From positions 320,001 through 384,000 of the forward strand of contig CAVQMO010000001.1 of NCBI GenBank assembly GCA_963713605.1: DNA of 64,000 nucleotides, given 5' to 3'. Position numbers and translations under genes: made by a program. The DNA comes from an uncultured Nitrososphaerales archaeon (GTDB lineage Archaea > Thermoproteota > Nitrososphaeria > Nitrososphaerales > Nitrososphaeraceae). Below the pieces are notes generated by a model that saw only the letters and a list, made by a program, of their open reading frames with translations, ran no database searches and had not been told where the DNA came from. Positions 10,520-22,087 of this stretch are shown here, in pieces (position 1 is the first letter of the stretch; each line of letters starts with the position of its first letter).

Positions 10520-10725
10520 TCAAGCTATAATTCTCGCTTTCTTACTTATATCTTAGCCAATCAAATCGGTCTTAGCAGAATTAATTGTATCTGTCTTTAC
10601 CATCTCCAACCAAAAACACAACTAAGACCAGATTGGGTGATGAAGCATATACTATGACCTAGTATGAATTCCGCAGCAGAAAAAACAAAATTGTTGTCCT
10701 ATTAGATATTTGTCCTTTTCATTGG

Positions 10726-11938
10726 CTAATCGAATTCGATAGAACTAGTTCTTCCCGTTCTACGACTAGTTTGTATGTTTGCAGTTTGTGACGCTCGTGA
10801 TAATCTATATCTCTTGTATTCTTCATCCACTTCCATTGATGCTTTTAATATCCTGCTCCTCGTAGACACAGATTTTGAAGATTGTAGAAACATTTTGGTG
10901 TCTTTTGGCAGACAATGTCCTCCTATGCCGTCTCTGGGCTCAAGTATCTCTACATTCCATTTGGTATTTAGGGCTTCACGCAATTCTGGGAAGTTTATAC
11001 TATTTGCTTGACAGTAAAGGTAGATATCCTCTGCAAATGCTATTTGAAGATATCTATGAGCATTTTCAGCGTATCTTTGTTATTTCAGCAATTTCTACAT
11101 CAGAAACAGGATGTAAAGGTATTCCTAGATTAGGAGTGTAATTGATGTTATTATTTTTGCCAGTAGTAGGAAAGGAAGAAGAAGTATGAGAAGTAGCGTT
11201 AGAAGGAGTAAATGAAGTATTAGTAATAGCATCATCCATAGCGAGGGAGTGATTTATGCTGTATAGCCATGAGGAGTGCTGTTATTGCCTATTATCGCCA
11301 TCGCTCATTAAGGATGCATTGCCATTACCATTGCCATTACCATTACCAATATTGATATTGATTGTTGTTGCTGTTGTTGTTGCTGTTGCTGTTGTTTATG
11401 TCGTTGTTAACATTAAATTGGCCATAGAACTGCACAGCTGCTTTAAGACAACAATCACACACTCCTCCAACTACACGCAACTGGTTAACTCCATGCTCTT
11501 TTTCTTCTAAAGCATACCATCTATGAGGTATATGTGCAACATGTAATCTGTGGTTTAGCATCTCAAATACCTTCTTAGACGTTCCTCTTGGAATAGTGCT
11601 TTCTATTGAGACAAGTGCACCATTTTTGGCTTCCTTTGCAATTTTCTCTTGTACAATGGAAAACAAACCATCTATCTGAGGCGTAAACATATCGTCTGGC
11701 ATGTGTGTAGAGATGCAAATAATGTATACATCAAATTCACTGAAATTATCAGCTTTCTTTATTGAGCTATCTTTTCTGCACGCTGTATTGCTTTCTGACT
11801 AATATCATATCCGTACACATCAAATCCTCTGTCCTTCACATATTTTGCTACAGGAAGACCAAGCTGGCCTAAACCTATTATAAGAACTTTGTCGAAGCGA
11901 GAATAATTTTCAGTTCTCAAGGAGCTTGACTGTGACAC
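10726..11938 (-). CDS. Nucleotide-sugar dehydrogenase (UDP-Glc/GDP-Man/UDP-ManNAc DH family) with Asn-rich insert; frameshifted
   Basis: IIGLGQLG Rossmann motif, IESTIPRGT, EIAEITK, catalytic GIGGHCLPKD. Confidence 0.8.
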
Positions 11939-12299
11939 CCGCTAATAATTTCAAAGTCCTCTTTAGGCGAAGTGAACCCACAAGTATTATTATCTAACAA
12001 CCGAGCAATTTATGGTTTTATTGTTTAATATACAATAAGATAGTGAAAACTAGTAATATTTTAGTGGGGATAGGTACAGTGCTTTGTTATGATTAATATT
12101 AATTACATGTGAAAAGTTAATTAGTGATCTCCTCTCTAAAACGGCAATAGTATTAGAAATAATCCCTACGATAGGAACTTCATACAGCGCAGAATTAGGT
12201 CAGTGTCTTTATTCCGACCCCTTCAATGACAAGGCCAATTTTCAAAGCTAACAATAAGATGGTTAAAATATGATGAGAATTTCGTTACTGATGTGGATT

Positions 12300-12636
12300 A
12301 TGGAGAATCGAAGCGAACCTGTCACCAGATATAAAGTTAACCAGTTAATCGATACTGGTATGAGCATAACCTTGAGTCTCACGGAGGATGTAGAGCTGGA
12401 GAAGGTGTCCCAGCAACAGCTAAATATTGGATTCAATTGACAATCTCGTCTCAGATAAGGACATAAAGCAGCAAGTAAAGCCGTTCCTGGAAGCCATCCT
12501 TCGATCTCAACCACAAACCGTGGTCAATACTTACTCTCAGACAACTATACAGATCACCATGCCTAAAAGGAGATTTCAGAAAATTGGAATTCCTCAGGTC
12601 GGAGATATTCTTGCAATAGATATAAGGAAAGAATAA
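12300..12636 (+). CDS. Hypothetical protein, possibly arcadin-1-like (one frameshift at ~12423)
   Basis: ATG at 12300 gives MENRSEPVTRYKV..., joining ...KIGIPQVGDILAIDIRKE. Confidence 0.55.
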
Positions 12637-12775
12637 CAAGTTTTTTCAACTCGCTAGTATCCAAGGAATAAGTAGAATGGTCAGAGTATTAACCTCGAGA
12701 TGTATTCACCTCAAACCTAGAAACACTTTGTTATCGGCAGATTAGAATAAATAGAGTTAATAGGCGAATATTCTC

Positions 12776-13039
12776 ATGCAGTGCGCAGTATATGATACAT
12801 ACGTTAAAAAGAAAGATGGAAACGTTATGCATTTTGATGTAGTCGTGGAGGCAAAGACTCCGCACGAAAAAGCTATCGAATATGGCAAGAAGTATTTGGA
12901 AAGCGTAGGTGAGGGAGAACAACAGATGACTCAAGAGGAATGCCAATTCTGCCACATCCAGCAAGCTCCTCCGAAGATAGAGACAGATATTCAAAGTAAC
13001 GGGTATTATATTCAAAAAATGGAAGGTTGCCCTGCATGA
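12776..13039 (+). CDS. DUF2024-family protein
   Basis: AVYDTYVKKKDG.VMHFDV ... ECQFCH ... GYYI.KMEGC. Confidence 0.8.
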   Translation: MQCAVYDTYVKKKDGNVMHFDVVVEAKTPHEKAIEYGKKYLESVGEGEQQMTQEECQFCHIQQAPPKIETDIQSNGYYIQKMEGCPA

Positions 13040-13137
13040 CCTATTAAGTCCTCTAGAAACACCACTCAAGAGCTCAAAATATGTGTCTGCAGGCTTGAAT
13101 CATCTATTTTTCGGAATTTATCGAGAGATAATTATCG

Positions 13138-14300
13138 TTGGAACTTACTAAATCCGAGGAAAAAATTCTTGCTGGGAGTAAGGGAGAGATCTATGCATCT
13201 GCATATAGAGTGCTACTGGCGATAGGACAGGCAACTGAAGCTGAAAAACTGGTTCCTATAGAATGGGCTCATGTTTCTGGCGTAAATTATAATACTATTG
13301 GCGATGCAGGAGTTGATTTCCTACAGGAAGTATCAAGAGGTGTGCGTTTCAGGGTAAAGACGACAATTAATCCTATGGGCTATGATAGAATGAAACCAAA
13401 TACACTTTCTCAAAATTTTTTGTCTAAGCAAATGCAAATTGTGGAGAGTTATAAAAAAATGGGAGCCATACAATCATTTTCCTGTACTCCATATGAAATA
13501 TTCCAACTTCCGAAAAGAGGTACATCTGTGAGTTTCGCAGAAAGCAGTGCAGCTGTCTTTTCCAATTCTTTCCTGGGGTTGATGACAAATAAGGAAAGCG
13601 CTCTTAGCGCACTTGCAAGTGCTATAACAGGAAAGTCCCCATATTCTGACCTTCGAATAGAGAAGTCACGAACACCGCAGGTAGCCGTAAAATACAGGGG
13701 TGTCACATATAAACACTGAAACTGATTACGGCTTACTTGGCTATATAGCCGGAAAAATCGCTAAAGAAAGTTGTATTGCTTTTTCAGATCTTAAAAGCAA
13801 AATGGAAATGATGCCTGCAAAAGCGATTTCCTCAGGCCTAGGGACCTCAGGATCTTGTGGAATGTTTACGTCTGGCAATCGAGCAGGAAGGTGAATCCGT
13901 TGCGAATAGACGAGGAGGAAATGTCTAAAGCCAAGGACGAGTTGAATACTGAAGAGGATGGCGACCTCATTTTGTTTGGTAGTCCACAGCTCGGACTAAG
14001 CGAGTTAGCGTTATCTGCACGATCTTATCGCGGGACGAAAATTTGATAAAAGGTGCATTATTTTTTGTTCAAGATACGTCCATGATCAGGCTAGAAAAAT
14101 TGGATTAGCCTCAAAAATAGAGTCATCAGGAGCAGAATTTATGTGCGACTCTTGCATGTGTCTTTCACCATTAATAACCCGAGACAACACTGATTCCATC
14201 ATTACCAACAGCGTAAAGGGAGCATATTATATGAAAAGTTCCAATCGTGTCGGCGTTGCAGTTAAAGGATATGAAAACCATCGTGAGAACCTGTAGTTGA
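13138..14300 (+). CDS. Aconitase X catalytic subunit (DUF521; phosphomevalonate dehydratase large subunit), frameshifted
   Basis: AHVSGVNYNTIGDAG, SCTPY, ESSA, GSPQLG, DSCMCLSP, TNSVKGAYY across frames. Confidence 0.85.
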
Positions 14301-14307
14301 TTAAATT

Positions 14308-14761
14308 ATGTATGTTCTTGAGTGCAAGTGCATCGTAAAGGGATTTGCCGAAGGCGAAGCTTTGATATCAGATACACCAATAAATTTTCTTACAATGATT
14401 GACGCTGAGAATGGAGAGATCAAGGATCCAAAACCATAACCTCTACGGCAAAACATTGAAGGACAAGATATTTGTTTTTCCATATTCAGTAGGTAGCAGT
14501 GTAGGAGCCTACGTCCTGTACAGCTTGAAAAAAAAATCGTCTGGTCCATTGGCTATCATATGTTCAAATAGGATGGATATAACGACGGCCTCTGGGTGTG
14601 CGATATCAAATATCCCAGCTGTTCACCTGAAACACAATAATTATCCCACAGGTTATCAGGAACAGCCGGGCATTAACCGTAGATGGGGAAAGAGAGCAAA
14701 TATTGATTTATCCAAATTGATTGTCATAACAAATTGTTTTCAATTCGCTTATTCATGCTAA
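14308..14761 (+). CDS. Aconitase X swivel subunit (DUF126), frameshifted
   Basis: GFAEGEALISDTPINF ... GSSVGAYVLY ... GCAISNIP. Confidence 0.85.
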
Positions 14762-14855
14762 TTAATTACATAAATATGAATTAGCCTTTCGGACTAGAAA
14801 CAACGTGCCCAGTACATAATCCTTTTATTAGTGTGTGGGAGTATCAATAGATTGA

Positions 14856-15077
14856 TTGGCTAGGTTTTGTCCTGAATGCGGTGGTGATATGAAATATGAC
14901 AGTCCTAGTAAGAATTTTGTTTGCAAGGGTTGTGGTTTGTTTGTTTCCAGCGAAAAATTGGACGAACTAAGAGACAAAGCAGCTGAAAAATATTATGATA
15001 GTGGGGATGGAAGAAAACGAGTTCACAACGACTATCTTGATTGGTGGCAAAGTTCAAAGAAAGATAAACAAAAATAA
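14856..15077 (+). CDS. Zn-ribbon protein
   Basis: CPECGG...CKGCG; TATA at ~14823. Confidence 0.8.
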   Translation: MARFCPECGGDMKYDSPSKNFVCKGCGLFVSSEKLDELRDKAAEKYYDSGDGRKRVHNDYLDWWQSSKKDKQK

Positions 15078-15290
15078 TCACAGATACCAGAGTTAGGTTC
15101 TTGGGTTTGCAGTTTAAGTAAAACTAAACTTCTATTATATTTGCATTAGGTATCGTTGGCCGAGGTTTAAAGAGATTTAAATGTTCGATCCTTTTTGACA
15201 TTTCCCACTCCCGAGTCAGTCCCAATTACAATTCAAAAAGAATTAAATAAGAAATATTATCCTTCTGCCTTTGCAGCCTCCTAATTAACG

Positions 15291-16225
15291 ATGGAAACAT
15301 GTAATAAATGTAACAGGAACCCGCCAGTCTATTTTAGAGAATATTCAGGGGAAAAGCTTTGCAAGAGATGCTTCCTGAATTCGATAGATCGCAAGGTGCA
15401 AACGAACGATAAACAAATTTTCAATGATCAAGTTTGGGGATCATGTGGCTGTAGCGACGTCGGGCGGGAAAGATAGCTTGGTTCTATTAAGCATTCTCAA
15501 ATCCACAATTGACGCTGCCAGAGGAATTAAAATGGAGTGCAATTACAATTGATGAAGGTATCTCTGGATATCGAGATGAATCATTGAAGATAGTATCAGA
15601 GTTTTGTTCCAAGCTACGTGTTCCACTTACAATTAAGTCTTATTACGAACTCTTCGGAACTCGCATGGACGAAGCTATGAAGCTAAGACCATCCGCAAAA
15701 TTAACATCCTGTTCTATTTGTGGAACCTTTCGTAGAAGAGCGATAGACTTGGCAGCAGAACAGATTGGGGCAAATGTAGTTGCGACAGCACATAATTTGG
15801 ATGACGAGATACAAACTTTCATGATTAATCTGTTTGCAGGTGATGCAAATCGAATAGGATGGAACCAAGCTTCTTCTATTTACAAGACAGGCTACATGAA
15901 GAAGGTCAAACCCCTTTCTGAGATATATGAGAAAGAAATCGTATTCTATGCGCTTCAAAAGGGAATCCCATTCCAGAGCGAGCAATGTCCTTACATGAAT
16001 GAAAGTATAAGAGAAGAAGTTCGACAGTTTCTAAACGATTTGGAGAAAGCACATCCCGGAATTAAATACAACACGTACAAGTCCACAATGGATATTTCAG
16101 CTCTTGTTCGTGACCGGAGAGATTCAACTATTATAAGGGGGGTCTGCGAGAAATGTGGCCGAGACTGCACTGAGCAGATCTGCTCTGTGTGTAAGATTCA
16201 GGGGAATTTCAAGCCAGTGGTTTAG
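15291..16225 (+). CDS. ncsA: tRNA 2-thiolation protein (Ncs6/NcsA/TtuA, TIGR00269), frameshifted
   Basis: N- and C-terminal Zn fingers, SGGKDS PP-loop (15459-15477), CSICGTFRR, TAHNLDD, CPY. Confidence 0.88.
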
Positions 16226-16284
16226 ATGGTAAGGTGGAACCAGGACACTAACATAAATATAATCTAATGGTGGATTACATATTT

Positions 16285-16598
16285 GGAGGCAGGGAGGATC
16301 GGGGTGTTAGTCGTACCCCATACCAGAAACCGACTTCATGCTGGGATCAGCAACTGCTGGGTAAACCTACTGGTACGAGGTACCTGCTTGCCTAGCTGAA
16401 ATGAAGTCATGCCGTGCCGGATGGTTATGAGCGGCATGTCATGCGAAGGCATGGCTTGACTGCGTAATGTCGAAATGGGTGAGGTCCGGGAGGGAGCAAC
16501 CCTAAGATAGCATGGTCATGCTGGCACGTCTACGTGGCAGATCTTGCAGGGCTTGAGAGGGGGCTTTGGACCTTTACTGGAACCAGCAGGCTGTCTCC
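16285..16598 (+). ncRNA. ffs: Archaeal signal recognition particle (7S) RNA
   Basis: ~314-nt GC-rich island; termini GGAGGCAG and CTGTCTCC pair; helix-8 motif GAGGTCCGGGAGGGAGCAA; TATA at ~16253. Confidence 0.9.
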
Positions 16599-16728
16599 AA
16601 TAATCCTTCAATTTATACCTCTTATTTTCAGGCTTCCTAAATTACATATTGATACTGATCAAATTGACAAATCGCTAGTGTGCCAATTTGCCCAGGCGGA
16701 CAATCACCACATGCCTTTGGCGTGGAAT

Positions 16729-17772
16729 TTACAACCAATGACTGAGGCGAAAAATCTCGTCAACGGGCTCTTTCTTCAAGATCCTGATTAAAGCCCTTGC
16801 CTGGGGTACCGAAAGCATAGGCTTTTTAAAATGATTGTCGATGCCGATTCTTGGGCATGCAACCTGTACAAAAGCATCTATGTGAGTAAATATCTGTATT
16901 CTTTCCTCTGTAATTTCAGTCAATCCAATCAGCCTCACTTTCATTCCCACTTTTTCAAACTCTTTCTTTAGTTCCAAAGCGCGAGTCTTTGCGAACTGAC
17001 CATCTTTAATGCCAATAATGATCCCAATTGTGTGAGAGTCCACGGCTTTGTAAATTGACAGGATCGCCTTCCTGTGCAATTCCTCAGCGACACTACTTAC
17101 TTCACTGTATTCCTGAAAGTACGGATCAAGCATGAATGTTTGTTTCCCAGTCGATAACGCTACCCCGGCCGAATGGAAAGTACTTTGACCTAAAAAGACA
17201 TAGCAATCTATTTTATCTAATTCGCTGTGAGCAGGGTAAAATTCGCAGCCAAAAACCTGTCCATCGTTGAGCTGGCCCCTACCCATTCCTATAACCACGC
17301 TTATGCCAGACTGTTCAAAGATTCCACGAACTTTGTCAAGCTGACGTAAATGTTGACTAATTGTCAATAATGATATCTTCTTGTAATTTCTGCTTATTAG
17401 TTCGGTTGCCAATCGTTTTGCGATTTCATCAAAGTTCAAATCCTCGTATGCGTCTATCATCACGATTTCTCTTCCAAAACCATCCATTGAGATCGTATGC
17501 CCTATGTTAAAGAGAATTTCTGCCCCAAGGACGTTGGCCGCATGGGTATTGAGGTCGCAGGAACCCCAGCAAGTATCTCCAATTATGTAAGCTGGAATTT
17601 CGAATTTTTCTGCGATTATATCCGCTGTTTCCTGAATCTTAGACATCAATCCATCAGGACCATCCAATGCAACGGATCTCGGCTTCCTCTCTCCGATTAT
17701 TCTGATTATTTTCTCATTATCGATCGATATCATAACTTTGTTCTGACTCCCACCGAGTCTTGCTATTTTCAT
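16729..17772 (-). CDS. dph2: 2-(3-amino-3-carboxypropyl)histidine synthase (diphthamide)
   Basis: TCWGSCD, NIGH, GQVFGC, GQF, VACPRI. Confidence 0.92.
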   Translation of the reverse strand: MKIARLGGSQNKVMISIDNEKIIRIIGERKPRSVALDGPDGLMSKIQETADIIAEKFEIPAYIIGDTCWGSCDLNTHAANVLGAEILFNIGHTISMDGFGREIVMIDAYEDLNFDEIAKRLATELISRNYKKISLLTISQHLRQLDKVRGIFEQSGISVVIGMGRGQLNDGQVFGCEFYPAHSELDKIDCYVFLGQSTFHSAGVALSTGKQTFMLDPYFQEYSEVSSVAEELHRKAILSIYKAVDSHTIGIIIGIKDGQFAKTRALELKKEFEKVGMKVRLIGLTEITEERIQIFTHIDAFVQVACPRIGIDNHFKKPMLSVPQARALIRILKKEPVDEIFRLSHWL

Positions 17773-17936
17773 TCAGATCCATGGCAATAAAAATGCATAC
17801 ACCGAACACAATGTTTTATAGTCAAATCAATCTGTTTCAACGCTTGTCGCTAGAGATTAGAAAGCAGTCAAATCCATATATTGATGGATGGCAAATGGTT
17901 TAAGATACATCCTTGCTTCTAAGTACTATGACCTTC

Positions 17937-20295
17937 TTATTGCCGCTTAACTGGGATCCTTGCGGTATGCCCTTGCCACTTGATTGGAAAGTATACCTTA
18001 TATTTTTCATCGGTGAGCATCTCAAATCCACTATCTCCAAGAGTATGCAAAATCTCAATTTTCTGTTCCTCAATACTAGTTAGAATCTGTATTGTACCTT
18101 CATCACGAAGCTTATGTTTCAGAATTGAAAGCAATGATTTGAACGAGATAATCTGAGTAGAATCCTTGGTTAGATTCAGTGTATTCATGGGCATGACAAT
18201 AATAAAATTATCCACTACCTTATCAATTACATTTGGGATTAATTTTGGAGTACTGCCCCAGAATGCAGATGCATTTGGCGGATCCAACATTGCAAATCGA
18301 TTTTTAGCTCTCAGAACTTCCTGCTGGTCCTCACTAATGCCAATAAAATATTCGGCCCAATTGTCTATGGCAACTTGCTCAAGCATCTCCCCATTCATCA
18401 TTGCCAGTTGAACATTTACTTTTAAGAATAATTTCTTTGCCTCGGCAATCGTCCGATTCAGTTGAGTTGAAGGATTACCTTCATGAAAAAACTGATAAAT
18501 CAAATTCCACCTTTGTCTAAATACATCCGGGAATGTCTTACTATGAAGTAATTCTTTGAATAATCTTGTTTCTGCAAAATCTGCAAAGAAAGCGTCTGTT
18601 CGCGAGACGGCTTCAAGCTTGGGCAGATACAATTCGTCATAAAGACTTGTAACTCTATCCCACGCCCGAATTGGATCTGAACTCATATAGGTGACCGACA
18701 GGTCAGCCAACCACAGTATTTCTGCAAGTAGAATAATCTTATCCGTATTATATCCTTCAGCAGATAGATCTTTCAGGAGACTTGAGTAGGCAGTTTGTGC
18801 CTCTTTTGATGTAGAGTAAGGAAAATCAGTATGCCAAATGAGTGCTTCTATTACTCGGCTTTCCTTTTGCCTTTCGTAAGCTGCTGATCGCAAATACTCC
18901 GGATGGGTCGTCGAATATTCGGCTAAGATCTTCGGCGGGTGTGAACGATCCCGAAAATACTCTTCAAATTCAGCCGGATTCAACATGAAATAGGCTTCGT
19001 GAATTCTAGTTTTTTTGAGTTCATTGATCGTCCTGCTAACTTTTGGTCCCTTGACAGATACCTTTGCTTTGTTATCATTCGGGGCTGTTGTAACAAATGT
19101 TGATTGAACCGGATCATAATCATGTAACAGAGCTGAAACTAGGATGAGTTCGTAGTCCTTTTCAGTAAATACAAGTCCATGGAAATCTCTGGGTAGCATT
19201 TGCAAAACCATGTACGATACCTCTAGACTATGGTGAAAATTGTGATACTCAGTTGAGCCCTCTCCTAAACCTTGGTTGTCATAAGCGTTTGCCAAGAAAT
19301 TCATAAGTGTCCTTATTTTGCGAATGCTATTTGGAGGAATATTTCGATCAGAAGCAACTTGAATTATGGCGGCGATCAGTTCCTCATTCTTGGCATTTGC
19401 CAGATTCTTATTGATTTCACTTATAAAGTTCTTTTTTGAACGCGGAAAATAGCGACCGACTTCCTCATAAATTATTCTCAGAGGCAAACTCTTATTTAGA
19501 TAAATGCCAAGGGTTGTTATCCAGTAGGGATATTTTATTCTCGGTTTCTCTCGTTCAATTACTTCTTCAGAAGCGCTTACCAATGCTTTATTCAAGTCGG
19601 TTATCTTGGCTCTAATTTCCTGACCCTTTAGCGATTGGAATTCCCTGGAGTCGATATACCTTGATCTTTCTGTGTTCAATACTAACCATTGAGGAATTTT
19701 TACCCTATATCTGAAGTATGCCCGTTTACTGTGTTGTGAGGATAGAGATGCAATTCTTTCTTTAATTGTAACGGCGACGTTTTTACGTCCGGTCGAAAAG
19801 GGGAGTTCGCTGTCGCGGACAACCTGAATTATTATTTCCCTGTCTTTAGATTGGAGACCCAATAGAATATGCCAATATTTACCCTTATCAAGCCAACTTG
19901 GAGCCTTAGTTTCTTTGTCCCAGAAGTCAATCGGTCCTAACGGCAGATAGCCGGTTTCGGTACTGCTTGGTTTCCGGATTGTAAGACCGATACTGATAAT
20001 CTCCAATTTGAGGATCAAGTTGCTTCGCCTTATACTTGGCTGTTAATACTCTCTCCGCCGATCTAGTTAATTCGCGATAAGCCATCGCACCCCAGATAGT
20101 ACCTAGGGCACTCATCAGCGTTAGTATTGCTGCAACAATGTCGACTTGATTTGTAGTGAAGTACGTTGGAGTTAGCGGTATTCCAAACCATCCCGTTGCG
20201 AGTAATCCACTGAATGTAAGAGTGATGAAGAGCCATCTTGCTAGATCATTATAGTAAAGGCTAAATGGCCTGGGTTCATCACTTAATTGACTCAT
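17937..20295 (-). CDS. Membrane-anchored HD-domain phosphohydrolase with C-terminal Rossmann/MTase-like domain (frameshift at ~19985)
   Basis: Two TM helices in 19927-20295; YHNFHH, LLHDYD, HTDFP, LADL in the 693-aa ORF. Confidence 0.75.
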
Positions 20296-20387
20296 CTTCT
20301 ATTTACCATTGTTATTCGTTTTCGAATTTAAAGTGCAACTGCAATAATAATCCTGCCTAAGTTACATGAGCCATGAACCAAGCAAAT

Positions 20388-21140
20388 TCACTTTACATTC
20401 TTATTGAAATCTGTCCTCACGATCTCATCCCTCGTTTCCGACCATTTTTCAGATTTGCGGACCCGCCATTTCTCATAACAAACAACTTCTTCTAAATTCA
20501 ATCTCGGTAGCCAACCTGAACGTTCTAGGTCAGGTGTTTCTTCAAACTCACTTACATAACCTAGACATAAATAAGCAATGGGGGAAACATGTTCAGGTAT
20601 TTCAAGTATTTCTCGGATTTTACTATTTGAGATGATACTTACCCATCCTATGCCCAAACCCTCTGCCCGAGCTGCAAGCCAGAGATTTTGGATGGCACAA
20701 CAAACACTGTATACTCCTGTCTCCGAGATAGACGTTCTACCAAGCACAAAAGGTCCAAATCTTTCCGGATCATATGTAATGCAAATGTTTATTGAAGATT
20801 CCAAAATTCCTTCGAGCTTTAGTGAAGAGTATTTACGTTGCCTAGCTTGGTCAGAGTCGAGCATCCTGACTGATTTTTGAAATTCCTCCATAAATGACTG
20901 TTTTATCCTTTCTCTGATCATCATATCGCTAACTAGAATAAAGTCCCAGGGCTGAGAAAATCCCACAGATGGAGCATGATGAGCAGCATTAAGGATTCTA
21001 GCCAAAGTGTTTCCTGGTATTTTCTTATTCAGAAATTTGGCCCGAACATCCCTACGAGAAAAGATCGCCTTATACACTGCGTCCTTTTCATACTGAACAA
21101 ATGAGTTCTGAGAAGTGCTCAATATGTTTCGATCAATCAT
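20388..21140 (-). CDS. bluB: 5,6-dimethylbenzimidazole synthase
   Basis: RRDVR, AHHAPSVGFSQPW, LKLEGI, YSVCCAIQNLWLAARAEGLGIGWVS. Confidence 0.92.
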   Translation of the reverse strand: MIDRNILSTSQNSFVQYEKDAVYKAIFSRRDVRAKFLNKKIPGNTLARILNAAHHAPSVGFSQPWDFILVSDMMIRERIKQSFMEEFQKSVRMLDSDQARQRKYSSLKLEGILESSINICITYDPERFGPFVLGRTSISETGVYSVCCAIQNLWLAARAEGLGIGWVSIISNSKIREILEIPEHVSPIAYLCLGYVSEFEETPDLERSGWLPRLNLEEVVCYEKWRVRKSEKWSETRDEIVRTDFNKNVK

Positions 21141-21259
21141 AGCAACAACCAGCGAGATTTATACTGTTAGTACATACATTATCTCTGCTACCTCAGAATG
21201 ATATCCTAAGCTTTTCTTAGAACTTATATTTAGGCCGGGCATTGAAAAAACACAAGAGA

Positions 21260-21334
21260 GGGCCGGTGGTCCAGCCTGGTTAAGATACCGCCTTGACATG
21301 GCGGGGGTCGTTGGTTCGAATCCGACCCGGCCCA
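21260..21334 (+). tRNA. tRNA-Val(GAC)
   Basis: GGGCCGG/CCGGCCC acceptor stem, CCGCC-TTGACAT-GGCGG anticodon arm, GTTCGAATC T-loop; no intron; CCA not encoded. Confidence 0.97.
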
Positions 21335-21482
21335 TACCAAAGTTGACGGTTTATTTGGGCCCATCACAAATCTACGGTCGCTACCATCACAAATACTGAG
21401 ATGGTAAATACTATACAATCTATAGTCATCATTGACGGTACAGCATTTATATATTTATCTTCTATAATAGTATATCAGAAGA

Positions 21483-21611
21483 ATGATGCACGTACGATAT
21501 CAGTTTCGATGGAGAACTACAATCAGGCTTAGAAAGTTTGGCTATGCTGGACAATCACTGAACCAAGCTATCGGTAAATTATTGGCAATCGCCGGGGAGA
21601 AATCCGAATGA
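21483..21611 (+). CDS. Small RHH/CopG-like DNA-binding protein (probable frameshift)
   Basis: TISVSMENYNQ joined to LRKFGYAGQSLNQAIGKLL; ATGA overlap with next ORF; TATA TTTTATATA near 21446. Confidence 0.55.
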   Translation: MMHVRYQFRWRTTIRLRKFGYAGQSLNQAIGKLLAIAGEKSE

Positions 21612-22087
21612 CAACCAATCTAGTTTTCCAAGAATCTTTTATAATAACGTGTGCACGAAAGGTAATCGACTACATAGACGAAATAAAAAATACAAAGATC
21701 AATGATTCAGACCTGCGTAAACTCACAACTTCATTCCAGACTTTAGTTGAGGCCTGCAACGCGAAACCGATGAAAAACTTTCCCATTAAAAGCATCGATG
21801 AACCAATTAATATGGTGGAATTTCAGATTAGAAGCACTTATTCTCCAGGTCTGAATTTTGCGGAGGTACCAAGCTCCATTGTTGATAGTCTCAAACAGGC
21901 AGAGAACACTATGGACGAGACACGATGCCTGGATGCTTTATGTGTGTTAAGAGACTATTGTAATATAGTAGTATATTCAAGGTTTGATCGCGGTTCAAAA
22001 CTGGAACCAAAAAAATTAGACGATTGGAACTCGTCTAGCAAGATATCAAGTCACTTGGCAAATGGAGAAGACTCATGTATAACTTAG
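21608..22087 (+). CDS. Hypothetical protein of the element
   Basis: 159-aa ORF overlapping both neighbours (operon-like). Confidence 0.6.
   Translation: MTTNLVFQESFIITCARKVIDYIDEIKNTKINDSDLRKLTTSFQTLVEACNAKPMKNFPIKSIDEPINMVEFQIRSTYSPGLNFAEVPSSIVDSLKQAENTMDETRCLDALCVLRDYCNIVVYSRFDRGSKLEPKKLDDWNSSSKISSHLANGEDSCIT

Noticed and set aside
10637..10680. C/D-box-like arrangement GTGATGA...ATGA...AGTATGA...CAGA
   Set aside because: Boxes D', C' and D are all degenerate, guides are only 9-10 nt, and I could not identify a target.
11129..11420. Insert in the sugar dehydrogenase as an intein or intron
   Set aside because: No Cys/Ser start or His-Asn end and no evident bulge-helix-bulge; it is low-complexity sequence.
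21230..21418. Minus-strand 62-aa ORF (WAGSDSNQRPPPCQGG)
   Set aside because: Antisense translation of tRNA-Val.
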